From contig PIVT01000010.1 of NCBI GenBank assembly GCA_003353845.1, positions 4,042 to 68,041 of the forward strand: 64,000 nucleotides of DNA, in the 5' to 3' direction. A program made the position numbers and the translations under genes. Of the stretch, positions 53,070 through 62,278 are shown one piece after another. Numbering within the stretch: the stretch's first letter is position 1; each line of letters starts with the position of its first letter. The notes under the pieces were generated by a model. That model was not told where the DNA came from, searched no databases, and worked only from the letters and a program-made list of their open reading frames with translations. Source of the stretch: Pseudomonadota bacterium. Its GTDB lineage: Bacteria; Myxococcota_A; UBA9160; JADFDR01.

Positions 53070-54359
53070 ATGGTCCGGCTGGATCTGAAATTTCGCATGT
53101 TCTATCATATGCAGGATGCAGGAGAGCAGATTTTGTCGAAACCTGAAGATTTTGATCCCTTTGATCCTGAGACCATCGTCAATCCCTTTCCTTTCTACGC
53201 CGCCCTTCGCAAACACGCACCGGTCTTTGAAATGCGACGCTGTGGCTACTACTTGGTGACGCGTTTTGCTGATGTACGTGCTGCGGCCCTCGATACACAG
53301 ACCTTCTCTTCAAACCTCGTAGCCATCGTCACCGAAGGTGTCGCCGATGGGCCACAAATACTCGACCTGACCAACTCACCTCGCCCAGCGGATGTATTGG
53401 CCATTGCAGATGCTCCAACGCATACCCGCCAGCGCAAGCTCACCAACAAGGCCTTTTCGTTCCGGCGCGTCGCTAAGCTGGAACCTTTTGTGAAGGGGCT
53501 CATGGATGAACTTTTTACGACCCTGAGAGAAACTTCGGAAGTCGATTGGATGGAGGCTGTGGGTCTGCCTTTTCCAATGCGCATCATTTCAGAACTCGTT
53601 GGCTTTCCTCCTGAAGATGCAGATCGGATTCAACGTTGGTCGGATGATGCCTTGGATTTGCTTTCGGGTATTCAATCCCAGGAGAAACTTGGCAGGAATG
53701 CGCTTAGCGTCATTGAGTTGAGTCGATACCTCGGAATTTTGGTTGTCGCGGCCAAAGCCGACCCGGGCGAGAATGTATTGGGTGACTTGGTTCGAGCAAC
53801 CCAAGGGGATGAAGAGGCATTGAGTGACGAGGAAGTGGTTTCCATCTTGGTGCAGTTGGCTACGGCAGGACAAGAAACCACGGGAAGTCTTATCGCAAGT
53901 GCGGCGATGTATCTGGCGAGGGATCCCGAACTGCAAGAACGGTTACGGGCTGAGCCTCAGCGAATTCCTGACTTCATTGAGGAGGCCGTCCGTCTAGAGT
54001 CCCCTTTCTATGGACATTTTCGACAGACCACGCGTGATACGGAAATTGCTGGAGTGGCATTGCCCGAAGGGGCGCGCGTAATGCTTTGCTGGGCATCGGC
54101 CAATCGTGACGAAGATGAGTTCACTAATCCTGAACAAGTCGATCTCGATCGCAGCAACACTCATCTGGGGTTCGGGTTCGGGCCACATTTGTGCATTGGT
54201 GCTTCACTGGCGCGCCTCGAAGCGCGAGTTGCCTTGGAGACCTTGTTGGCACGCACCAGAGAATTCTCCTTGGCGAGGCCGGAAGAACCTTTGCAATATG
54301 TCGAGAGTCTTTTTCTGCGAAGGCTAAAAGCTTTGCCTTTAAGGCTGACCTATTCCTAA
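53070..54359 (+). CDS. Cytochrome P450
   Basis: It has the heme-thiolate loop FGFGPHLCIGASLAR, the I-helix AGQETTGS and the ExxR motif (EAVRLESP). The start is uncertain, with internal Met candidates at 53097 and 53109. Confidence 0.9.
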   Translation: MVRLDLKFRMFYHMQDAGEQILSKPEDFDPFDPETIVNPFPFYAALRKHAPVFEMRRCGYYLVTRFADVRAAALDTQTFSSNLVAIVTEGVADGPQILDLTNSPRPADVLAIADAPTHTRQRKLTNKAFSFRRVAKLEPFVKGLMDELFTTLRETSEVDWMEAVGLPFPMRIISELVGFPPEDADRIQRWSDDALDLLSGIQSQEKLGRNALSVIELSRYLGILVVAAKADPGENVLGDLVRATQGDEEALSDEEVVSILVQLATAGQETTGSLIASAAMYLARDPELQERLRAEPQRIPDFIEEAVRLESPFYGHFRQTTRDTEIAGVALPEGARVMLCWASANRDEDEFTNPEQVDLDRSNTHLGFGFGPHLCIGASLARLEARVALETLLARTREFSLARPEEPLQYVESLFLRRLKALPLRLTYS

Positions 54360-54608
54360 GCGTGCTTGTTTGAGAAAGTCAACCTGCGTCCATCTTTCAA
54401 GAGAGGCGCCAACCCGGAATGTATTAGCGCGGCTCCTGCCCGATCAAACGCTACCCTTGGGGAGTCCTTCTATCTATATAGCTAGATAGAGAACCTGGCG
54501 GGCCAGCCCCTTGCGGTTAGTTGTCGCTCTTTGAATTTTTAGGTGCTGCGGGGCTTCTACGTGATTTAAATTATCTTTGATGGTGGATCGTGATTTCGAG
54601 GTGAAGTG

Positions 54609-54959
54609 ATGTTGAATGTCACATTCGTGCGAATTGAGGAGGGCGGCATTGAGCGTTTGCAGCAGTGGCTGGCCAAACTCCCCGAGCGAAAATCTGAATT
54701 GAAAGAGAGCTACATCGAGCAAGGAACGCGTCAGGAGCTTTTTTACGTTTTGCAAGGCAGGCGCGGCCCCGTTTTGGCCATGATTACAGAGCTTAAAGAC
54801 GTAGAGAAAGGATGTGTGTCTTTCTTGAAGTCAGAGAACCTGTTGGACATTGAATTTAAGGAACTCATTCAAGAGATTTCCTTGGGCTCACCCGCAAACA
54901 TTGAGACGATCTATGATTCTCTCGATTGTATAAAGCCACTTTCCTTCTTGCCTTCGTGA
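54609..54959 (+). CDS. Hypothetical small protein
   Basis: A GAGGTG RBS precedes the ATG at 54609. I recognised no motif. Confidence 0.35.
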   Translation: MLNVTFVRIEEGGIERLQQWLAKLPERKSELKESYIEQGTRQELFYVLQGRRGPVLAMITELKDVEKGCVSFLKSENLLDIEFKELIQEISLGSPANIETIYDSLDCIKPLSFLPS

Positions 54960-54980
54960 GTAACCCACTTTATTGAAAGC

Positions 54981-56351
54981 CTAGGGGTCAGACGATCGGG
55001 TCGACCCTTCGCCAGTGGTTAGCAACCCATGACGGAACAGGATGGGTCCGCAGAGTTGGTTGATGAAGATGGTGCCGATGAGCACTTCCCGAACGGGCGC
55101 TGCCCAAGAGGTATGGCTAAAGGCCTCACTGATCACCGTAACCAACACCAGAGACACGCCGGCTTGTGAGACCATCCCAAGCCAAAGATATTTTGTCCAG
55201 GAACCTCTTTCTGCAGACAGTCGCACGCCGTAGGCGATGCCTACCCAGGTGGCGGCAAGGCGTACCGCCGCGAGGCAAAGGGATAAATGCCAAAGCGAAG
55301 TAAGCGCTCCCAAGTCGATCTTGGCAGCGGCCAATGCAAAGAAAATGCAATACACGGGCAGGCTGGTGATTTCGACGGCGTGAAACAGGGCCCGACTGCG
55401 TTCTGGCCAGAGATTCTTGAGTAGCAATCCTGAAGAGAGGGCCATGAGCAAGGGCTCAACATGTACTTGTTGGCCTTCGAGGCCGGGGAGTTGAAAGTGG
55501 TGTTCGCCGAGCACCGCCACAAAAAGACACCATCCGCTCAGAAAGATGGGTAGGTGGACCCGAACTTTGGCCACATAGAGTCCCATGACCAAACCGAGGA
55601 TGGCGCCGACGGTCAGGGAGCCAATGAGTTGAATGCCCACGGCCCACATGAAGTCTCCAGAAATCTGGCTATTGCCGAGGAGTCCCTTGCTCACCGCCAT
55701 GACGACGGAAAACATAATGATGAGGACTAGATCCTTTAAGACGGTGATGACGAGTGTGGTTTGGCTGAGTGGGCCAACGGCTTTGTAATCGTTGATCATG
55801 GCGATGGTGACCGCCGGACTCTTGGCAACCATGACGACGGCACACAGCATGGCGACTACGAACACCGATTCTGGTGTCAAGTCAGCGAGGAAGGGTACCC
55901 AAGACCGTGTCAGCCAAATTGCAGCGGCAACGGCCACCATGAGTGTGGCCATGTGTACGAGTAAAATGACGGACACGTTTCGAAAGTGGCTCTTGAGAAA
56001 ATCAATACGTATTTCACCACCCGCGGTCAGGGCAATAAGCGCGATGGCCATGTCGCTTACAAACTGAAGAGGTGGGATTTTTCCGCCCTCCGAACGAAGG
56101 ATCATGCCCTTGTCGACCAGGTCGAGAATCTCTGGTCCCACGATGACGCCCAGGATGAGGTAGCCCGTGATGGCCGGTACCTGAACACGCTCGGCCAACT
56201 TTCCGCTCATCCATCCGCCGAGCAAAAGCAAACCGATGAGCATGACAGCCCGAGTCGGCTGGGCGCTTTCACCCATCATGCTGGGATGGGAAAAATATTT
56301 TACCAAGGTCGCGAGAAGCAGCATGCCCGCCAGACTGAAGAGTTCCTTCAT
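54981..56351 (-). CDS. Cation:proton antiporter (Na_H_Exchanger/CPA family) membrane protein, paralog B
   Basis: It is polytopic. VPAITGYLILGVIVGPEILDL is typical of the CPA N-terminus. Its start overlaps the upstream stop (ATGA at 56348-56351). Confidence 0.75.
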   Translation of the reverse strand: MKELFSLAGMLLLATLVKYFSHPSMMGESAQPTRAVMLIGLLLLGGWMSGKLAERVQVPAITGYLILGVIVGPEILDLVDKGMILRSEGGKIPPLQFVSDMAIALIALTAGGEIRIDFLKSHFRNVSVILLVHMATLMVAVAAAIWLTRSWVPFLADLTPESVFVVAMLCAVVMVAKSPAVTIAMINDYKAVGPLSQTTLVITVLKDLVLIIMFSVVMAVSKGLLGNSQISGDFMWAVGIQLIGSLTVGAILGLVMGLYVAKVRVHLPIFLSGWCLFVAVLGEHHFQLPGLEGQQVHVEPLLMALSSGLLLKNLWPERSRALFHAVEITSLPVYCIFFALAAAKIDLGALTSLWHLSLCLAAVRLAATWVGIAYGVRLSAERGSWTKYLWLGMVSQAGVSLVLVTVISEAFSHTSWAAPVREVLIGTIFINQLCGPILFRHGLLTTGEGSTRSSDP

Positions 56352-57661
56352 GCGCCAACCCCCTGCCCAGGCAGTTTTGAGAGAGGCGGTTTTGAGACAG
56401 GCGGTTTAGAGCCATGCGTTTTCGAGAAGTGAATGTCTTGATACTCCTTGGTCAGAATCAATGAACTTAAATCCGAAATGAAACCGACAACGATGAGTAC
56501 CATGAGGAGTTGGGATGCGAGAACCGGCGAAGCCTCAGCACGTCCCAAGGTGGAAATGGTATAACCAGCAGCAATGGCAATAGAGACAGGGTTGGGTCTC
56601 AGCAAGCCGATAAGGGAGGGGGTAGGGGCCGGGTGGTCGAGTTTTGATCGAAACACTTGCTGAATCAGGCCCGATTTAAGTAGCCCGCGTGTAACCAACA
56701 AGAAAACGATGAGTGCCAGGGCCAGTTTTGGCTCAGCCAGCAAAATGGAAGGGTCAGCCATGAGTCCGATGGCCAGCATCAAGATCATGGCCATGGGTTG
56801 TTCACCGTCGATGATCACCCGCTTTAGACGCGCAAGGGAAATTTTGGGTAGGTTGACCAGGACGGCGCCCAGCAGCATGGCGACAAAGAGGGGCAGCTGG
56901 TCCATCAGCGTTGCGGCACCCGCCGTAAAACAAATCATCCCCAATAAGACAACAAGAAATTGGCCTTTGTCCTGCTCTGTCATCTTGAAGATCCAAGGCC
57001 CTGCAAATCCCACAGCCACTGCAATCAGGATCGGTGCGAAAACTCCCAGGCTTAGTTGGGAGAAGGAAATGGCATAGAACGGTTCTCCGCCCGGAGTGAC
57101 TCGGAAGGCGTTGATTAGCAGCGTGTACAAAACCACCATGAGGATCGATCCCATTCCCGCACCTCCGCGAATGAGAAGGCCTGTTTGCATGCGAATGGCC
57201 GGGTTGGCTCTTAAGCTGCGCAATTCCGGTGACCAGCTAATGGAACAAATGCCTAGCAACAGCGAGTGGGGAAGAACGCTCCACGCAGATTCGTGAAGAA
57301 TCCACATGAATACGGTCATTGCGATGGAGGTTGTGAGAATGAGGCTGAGACAGGCGTCCAAGAGGGCGATGCTGAGAATCCAGTGAGGGACCACCTTGGG
57401 TAGGCGCCGGTCCACTTGGAAGCCGATGATCAGTCCAATCCACCCCAGGCAGAAAATAACCAGTGGATGATGCAACGCGATTTGACTGGACTCGATGACA
57501 CCCGTGCCATGTGGGCCAAGTAGAATTCCGATGCCAATCAGGAGCCAGCCTCCAGAGAAGAGCGTGGCACCGGTGGGTCTTCGGCGAAAGGCCCAGAACT
57601 TCCTGCTGGAAGCCATGAGCGCCAGGATCAGGAGGATGGAGAGTGCTAGGAGTATTCGCAT
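56348..57661 (-). CDS. Cation:proton antiporter-like membrane protein, paralog A
   Basis: It is polytopic, with LLIGIGILLGPHGTGVI. The start is moved to MRILLALSILL (57661); the ORF track gives 57730. Confidence 0.65.
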   Translation of the reverse strand: MRILLALSILLILALMASSRKFWAFRRRPTGATLFSGGWLLIGIGILLGPHGTGVIESSQIALHHPLVIFCLGWIGLIIGFQVDRRLPKVVPHWILSIALLDACLSLILTTSIAMTVFMWILHESAWSVLPHSLLLGICSISWSPELRSLRANPAIRMQTGLLIRGGAGMGSILMVVLYTLLINAFRVTPGGEPFYAISFSQLSLGVFAPILIAVAVGFAGPWIFKMTEQDKGQFLVVLLGMICFTAGAATLMDQLPLFVAMLLGAVLVNLPKISLARLKRVIIDGEQPMAMILMLAIGLMADPSILLAEPKLALALIVFLLVTRGLLKSGLIQQVFRSKLDHPAPTPSLIGLLRPNPVSIAIAAGYTISTLGRAEASPVLASQLLMVLIVVGFISDLSSLILTKEYQDIHFSKTHGSKPPVSKPPLSKLPGQGVGA

Positions 57662-57684
57662 GAGTTTTGACTCCAGCCAGTGGC

Positions 57685-58032
57685 TTAGCTGCGAATCCCA
57701 CGAAACTCTTCGATGGGCAGGGTAAAGCAAATCACGGAGTGTGCTTCCTCTTGGGTGCCGACCAATTCATCGATGAGATCAAAAACAGGTTGAATAATGG
57801 ACTGCGGCATGGCAGAGAGGATCATACGACTGCCGCTGGTTTCAGGAAACAGGCCCGCGAGCCCGGCGAAAATCGGCATGTCTTGGCGCACAATCTGGCC
57901 CATGCCCCTTGTTTCAACCACGGTGGCACCGCGTACTCCAATTTCGAGGAAGCCGGTGATGAGGGCATCGGTTAAATCCGGGTCATCGACGATGATGACG
58001 CATAGCTTGTTGAGTTCCTCGGCGTCAGGCAT
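57685..58032 (-). CDS. PII-like small regulatory protein
   Basis: The 115-aa product reads MPDAEELNKLCVIIVDDPDLTDALITGFLEIGVRGATVVETRGMGQ..., a beta-alpha-beta ferredoxin-like pattern with a T-loop-like segment. Only the 3' third of ORF-track entry 57685..58404 is used. The ATG overlaps the EIIA stop by 8 nt. Confidence 0.5.
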   Translation of the reverse strand: MPDAEELNKLCVIIVDDPDLTDALITGFLEIGVRGATVVETRGMGQIVRQDMPIFAGLAGLFPETSGSRMILSAMPQSIIQPVFDLIDELVGTQEEAHSVICFTLPIEEFRGIRS

Positions 58033-58489
58033 GGTTACCGTCCTCGCTCTGGATGCGCTCGAACAAGTCATCTCCGTCTGTGGCGCAGCGTAGATTGGCG
58101 AGGGCATTCGGTTTCCGGCAAATACGGGCAATGTGCGCCAAGAGGCGAAGGTGGTCCCATTCGCTTCCCGGTGGGCCCAGGAGGAGAAAAAGGATGTTGC
58201 AGGGAGTGTCGTCTGCTTCGCTGAAATTGACGGGTTGCTCCAATAGGCTAACGGCGACGATGGATTGATCGAGTCCTTCAATAACGGTGTGTGGAAAAGC
58301 GACCCCTTCTGGGGTGGCTGTGGATCCGCGGTTTTCGCGTTCGAGTAGAGCCTCGAAAAGATCTGAGGCCTGAACGCCCGAATTCTTGGCCGCAATCTTT
58401 TCACTCAACTCGCGCAGTACATCATCCCGTGAGCTAACATTTTTTAAGATCCAACATAACTCGGGTGAGGTTAAATCTGGAATTCTCAT
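58025..58489 (-). CDS. PTS EIIA type-2 (EIIA-Ntr/PtsN-like) domain protein
   Basis: It has ...ERENRGSTATPEGVAFPHTVIEG... with the phosphorylatable His context (AFPH). Its 154-aa size is typical. Confidence 0.75.
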   Translation of the reverse strand: MRIPDLTSPELCWILKNVSSRDDVLRELSEKIAAKNSGVQASDLFEALLERENRGSTATPEGVAFPHTVIEGLDQSIVAVSLLEQPVNFSEADDTPCNILFLLLGPPGSEWDHLRLLAHIARICRKPNALANLRCATDGDDLFERIQSEDGNHA

Positions 58490-58601
58490 TCAATGTCCTT
58501 CATCGGTTCATGTAAGAAAAGGATTCCCCGGTAGCCCTGAACTAGATGTTACTGTTGGTTAAATTGATCGCAACGTAAGGGCGAAAAGAAGCGCGTAGAG
58601 C

Positions 58602-60620
58602 ATGCTTTGGGCATGGCTCAATAAAAGGGAGACTGTGGAGCAACCAAGGTTCGTCTTGGACATTCTGATCGTATTGCTTTCCGCTGGAGTGGGTGGAGCG
58701 ATCTTTGAAAAGATGCGGCTGCCGGGAGTTATCGGCTTCTTGTTGACAGGGGCCCTGGTGGGTCCCGGTGGATTGCAGTTGATTTCCGACCCTGAACAAG
58801 TTCGCACCTTTGCCGAGTTCGGCGTCGCATTCCTGTTGTTTGAAATTGGAATCGAGTTGCCCCTGGGTGAGCTGCGCCACAGCTTCCGGAAACTGGTTAT
58901 TTCCGGCTTCCTGCAAGTCACGGCCACGCTTGGCATTGCCACAGGGCTTTGTGTTTTTTTGGGGCGGCCGTTAAATACCTCCATCATCATGGGCATGTTG
59001 GTGACCATGTCCAGTACTGCGGTGGTGATGCGAATCCTGAGCCAGCGTGGAGAAGTGGATGCTCCCCATGGTCGGCTGTCCTTGGGGATTCTCCTTTTTC
59101 AAGACCTCTGCATCATCCCATTTCTTTTGGCCGTGCCCCTGTTGGCAGCGGATACTCATGGCTCGGTGGCTTCCCTGGGCCTGGCCTTTGTAAAAGCAAT
59201 TGTGGTGTTGCTGCTCTTTGCCCTGGCTTCGCGTTTTGTCTTGCAGTGGGTGATGAAACAAATCGCACATCTGCGCTCGCCAGATCTGTTTAGTATTTTT
59301 GCCTTTCTCCTGGCCATGGGCTCGGCAGTATTGGCCGAGGAGATCGGGCTCACCCTTGCTGCCGGCGCCTTTGTGGCAGGCCTGGTGTTGAATTCTTCCG
59401 CCTACGGGCATCAACTTTTCGCAGAGATTGTCCCATGGCGCGGTGTGCTCCTGGGCGTCTTCTTTACGACCGTGGGAATGTTGCTGGATGTTCAAGGTGC
59501 GCTGCCCCTTTGGGACGAGATTCTGCTTTTCTTAGGGGGCGTAATCATACTGAAATCCGTGGTGGTGGTTGTTGTCCTGTACGGCGTGATGCGCGAACGG
59601 TTGGGGCAGGCCATTCAAACGGGGTTGACCTTGGCGCAGGCGGGAGAGTTTTCCTTTGTGCTGGCGACGGCTGCGGCTGTGGCTGGTTTGATCGACGAAC
59701 CCACGGAGCAAGTGTTTATTGCGGGCTCAATTCTATCGCTGATTTTTACGCCCGGTTTAATTGCTGCAGGGCCGCGCTTGGCCACCTTTGGAAGCATGCC
59801 CATTGAGAAGATGCGCGAGAAGGTGACAGGAAAGGCCAAACCGCCTCAGCGAGTGGAAGTCAAAGAGAATCATGTGGTGATCATTGGCTACGGAATGGCA
59901 GGACGTACGCTGGGGCAAATTTTAGGTTCCTTGGGGCTGGCGTATCACATCGTCGACAGCAACCCCTATACCGAAGCTAAACTGAGAGACTCTGGAGAGC
60001 CTTTCACGTTCGGGGATGCGACGCGACTCGTGATTCTCAAGGCGGTGGGGGTCGAGCGAGCCAAGGCAGTGGTCATTGCAATCTCCGACCCAATAGCGAC
60101 TCGACGTTGCATTGCGATGATTCGATCGCTGGCCCCCGACGTTCACATCGTGGTACGAACACGCTACGCACGAAACCTTGATCACTTGTTGGAGGACGGA
60201 GCCTCTGAAGTGGTAGCCGAAGAATTCGAGTCCACCATTGACTTGTTCAGTAAGGTGCTGCGCCTATACGAAGTTTCTTCTCAATCCATCGGAGATTTTG
60301 CGCAAGAAATGCGTGCCGAGGGCTATACCTTCTTGCTTGAAGCAAGCGACAGAGCCGTGGATCCCTGGCTCGTCGACTTGTTAAAGGGTGTCTCGACCCA
60401 TTGGATCGAGGTGCCACAAGACTTTGTGGGAGGTCGCTCCATTGCAGAACTTAGCGTGCGCGCAACCACGGGTGTCAATATTGTCGCTGTGCGCCATAAC
60501 GGAAGAATGGTGACCAACCCACCTCCTGAGTATTGCATCGAAGAGGGAGACGAGTTGCTGATTTTGGGGACGGGGGCAGCGGTGGCTAAGTTTCGAGGTC
60601 TCTTAGAAAACGTCCAATAA
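58602..60620 (+). CDS. CPA2 monovalent cation:proton antiporter with C-terminal RCK (TrkA-N + TrkA-C) domains (KefB/YbaL-like)
   Basis: The membrane domain has LPGVIGFLLTGALVGPGGL. It is followed by VVIIGYGMAGRTLGQIL (Rossmann GxGxxG) and a C-terminal GRSIAELSVRATTGVNIVAVRHNGRMV...GDELLILG. Confidence 0.85.
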   Translation: MLWAWLNKRETVEQPRFVLDILIVLLSAGVGGAIFEKMRLPGVIGFLLTGALVGPGGLQLISDPEQVRTFAEFGVAFLLFEIGIELPLGELRHSFRKLVISGFLQVTATLGIATGLCVFLGRPLNTSIIMGMLVTMSSTAVVMRILSQRGEVDAPHGRLSLGILLFQDLCIIPFLLAVPLLAADTHGSVASLGLAFVKAIVVLLLFALASRFVLQWVMKQIAHLRSPDLFSIFAFLLAMGSAVLAEEIGLTLAAGAFVAGLVLNSSAYGHQLFAEIVPWRGVLLGVFFTTVGMLLDVQGALPLWDEILLFLGGVIILKSVVVVVVLYGVMRERLGQAIQTGLTLAQAGEFSFVLATAAAVAGLIDEPTEQVFIAGSILSLIFTPGLIAAGPRLATFGSMPIEKMREKVTGKAKPPQRVEVKENHVVIIGYGMAGRTLGQILGSLGLAYHIVDSNPYTEAKLRDSGEPFTFGDATRLVILKAVGVERAKAVVIAISDPIATRRCIAMIRSLAPDVHIVVRTRYARNLDHLLEDGASEVVAEEFESTIDLFSKVLRLYEVSSQSIGDFAQEMRAEGYTFLLEASDRAVDPWLVDLLKGVSTHWIEVPQDFVGGRSIAELSVRATTGVNIVAVRHNGRMVTNPPPEYCIEEGDELLILGTGAAVAKFRGLLENVQ

Positions 60621-60663
60621 GTCGGGTATGGTAAGGTGATTCTCTTAGCCTTCGGAACCCTCG

Positions 60664-62193
60664 ATGCCCCAGTTTGTTCAAGTCACCCTTGCACCAAGTA
60701 ACCAGACGATTCAGGTTCCCTACGGTGCTGATCTGAAGGAAGTGTTGCATCGGTTTGGTGTCGAATTTCCCTGTGGTGGACGAGGGAGGTGTGGGGCCTG
60801 TCGCATCAAGGTGATTCAGGGGGTGCTGCCACTGTCGCAGGCCTGTGCCAGTATCTTGTCCAAAGAAGAAATCGATGCGGGTTGGCGTTTCGCCTGTCGA
60901 CATCGAGCAGAGCAAGATATTACTTTCGAACTCGGGCAGCGCGAAGCCCCGGTGTTGACCGAGCACGGTGCCTTTCATGTGGAGGCTCGGGACGGGACGG
61001 CGGTTGTCATCGACCTCGGCACGACAACTCTTGTGGCGCAGTTGCTCGATCTTCAATCGGGCCACGTCCTCGCGGTGGAGACCGCGCTCAACCCCCAGGC
61101 GGTGCATGGCGCCGATTTGATGACGCGTGTTGACTATGGCCTGCGCGCGTCCGGTCGGGAGCAGCTTACGCAAAGCATACGCGAGAAACTTGGCGAGTTG
61201 ATTCACGGACTGATTGCGCTTGCGCCTTCCACAATGGATCCGCCTGGAAGTGTGTTGCTAGCGGGCAACACTGTGATGCACCATTTGTTCTGCGGACTTG
61301 ACCTGAGCCCCTTGTCGCAGCCTCCTTTTGAAAGCTCGCAACTCGCAGCTCGACAATTTACTGCTCGGGAATTGGGCTGGGAACTTCCATATGATCCCGA
61401 GGTGGCGTTTCTTCCTTGTCTCGGAGGGTTTGTCGGCAGCGATATTCTGGCGGGCATTCTCGCTACGCAGATGCATGACAGTGAGGAATTGATCGGTTTC
61501 GTCGATTTGGGGACCAATGGGGAAATCGCCATTGGGAATCGACATGGCATCTTTTGTACCTCTACGGCGGCGGGCCCGGCCTTTGAAGCGGGAGGCATCG
61601 AAATGGGTATGCGCGCCGCCACTGGCGCTATTGTCGAAGTCGAAAAGGATCAAGAGAAGGAAGTCTTGTGTCACGTGCTCGGAGGAGGTCAGGCGCAAGG
61701 GGTTTGCGGTAGTGGTCTTGTCGACGCCGTCGCCACGGGCTTGGACCTGGGATTCATCAGCCCCAGCGGTCGCTTGCGCAACGACCATCGGCCCTTTCAC
61801 TTAAAGGATGCCGTTTCCATTACTCAACATGATATTCGGCAGCTGCAACTCGCCAAGGGAGCCATTGCGGCGGGGATTTCAATTTTGCTCAAAGAAGCCA
61901 ACGCAGGGCCTTCCGATCTCAGTGCCTTTTATCTGGCTGGCGCCTTTGGAAACTATGTGAAAAGTGAAAGTGCGAGAAGAGTGGGCTTGCTCCCATTTTC
62001 ACAGGAGCAGATTCAATCTGCTGGAAATACATCATTGCATGGATTGAAAACCGTGATCTTCTCCGAAACACGTCCTGATTTCGATCCAGTGCTGGAAAAA
62101 GTTCGGCATGTCTCGCTGGCCAGTGACGGAGAGTTTCAAGAGACCTTTATTAAAAAGACATCCTTTCCGGAAAACGAGAGGCTAAAGGACTGA
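60664..62193 (+). CDS. RACo-type reductive activator of corrinoid proteins (2Fe-2S ferredoxin domain + ASKHA ATPase)
   Basis: It has the N-terminal FPCGGRGRCGACRIKV...WRFACRH (plant-type 2Fe-2S). ASKHA phosphate motifs VVIDLGTTTLVAQLLD and GFVDLGTNGEIAIG follow. Confidence 0.8.
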   Translation: MPQFVQVTLAPSNQTIQVPYGADLKEVLHRFGVEFPCGGRGRCGACRIKVIQGVLPLSQACASILSKEEIDAGWRFACRHRAEQDITFELGQREAPVLTEHGAFHVEARDGTAVVIDLGTTTLVAQLLDLQSGHVLAVETALNPQAVHGADLMTRVDYGLRASGREQLTQSIREKLGELIHGLIALAPSTMDPPGSVLLAGNTVMHHLFCGLDLSPLSQPPFESSQLAARQFTARELGWELPYDPEVAFLPCLGGFVGSDILAGILATQMHDSEELIGFVDLGTNGEIAIGNRHGIFCTSTAAGPAFEAGGIEMGMRAATGAIVEVEKDQEKEVLCHVLGGGQAQGVCGSGLVDAVATGLDLGFISPSGRLRNDHRPFHLKDAVSITQHDIRQLQLAKGAIAAGISILLKEANAGPSDLSAFYLAGAFGNYVKSESARRVGLLPFSQEQIQSAGNTSLHGLKTVIFSETRPDFDPVLEKVRHVSLASDGEFQETFIKKTSFPENERLKD

Positions 62194-62278
62194 GGGATCG
62201 CAGCTTTCTCGATTGCTCTGGAGGCACTCTGAAATTAAACTAGAGTCATAGGCTGAGAAGAGAAGCTGGGGAGATTCG

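Noticed and set aside
57685-58404. The 239-aa ORF-track entry taken as one gene.
   Set aside because: Its N-terminal two thirds are low-complexity and lie antisense-frame-shifted over the well-supported EIIA gene (58025..58489). Only the last 115 codons (from the ATG at 58032) look like a real protein, so it was re-annotated as a PII-like gene.
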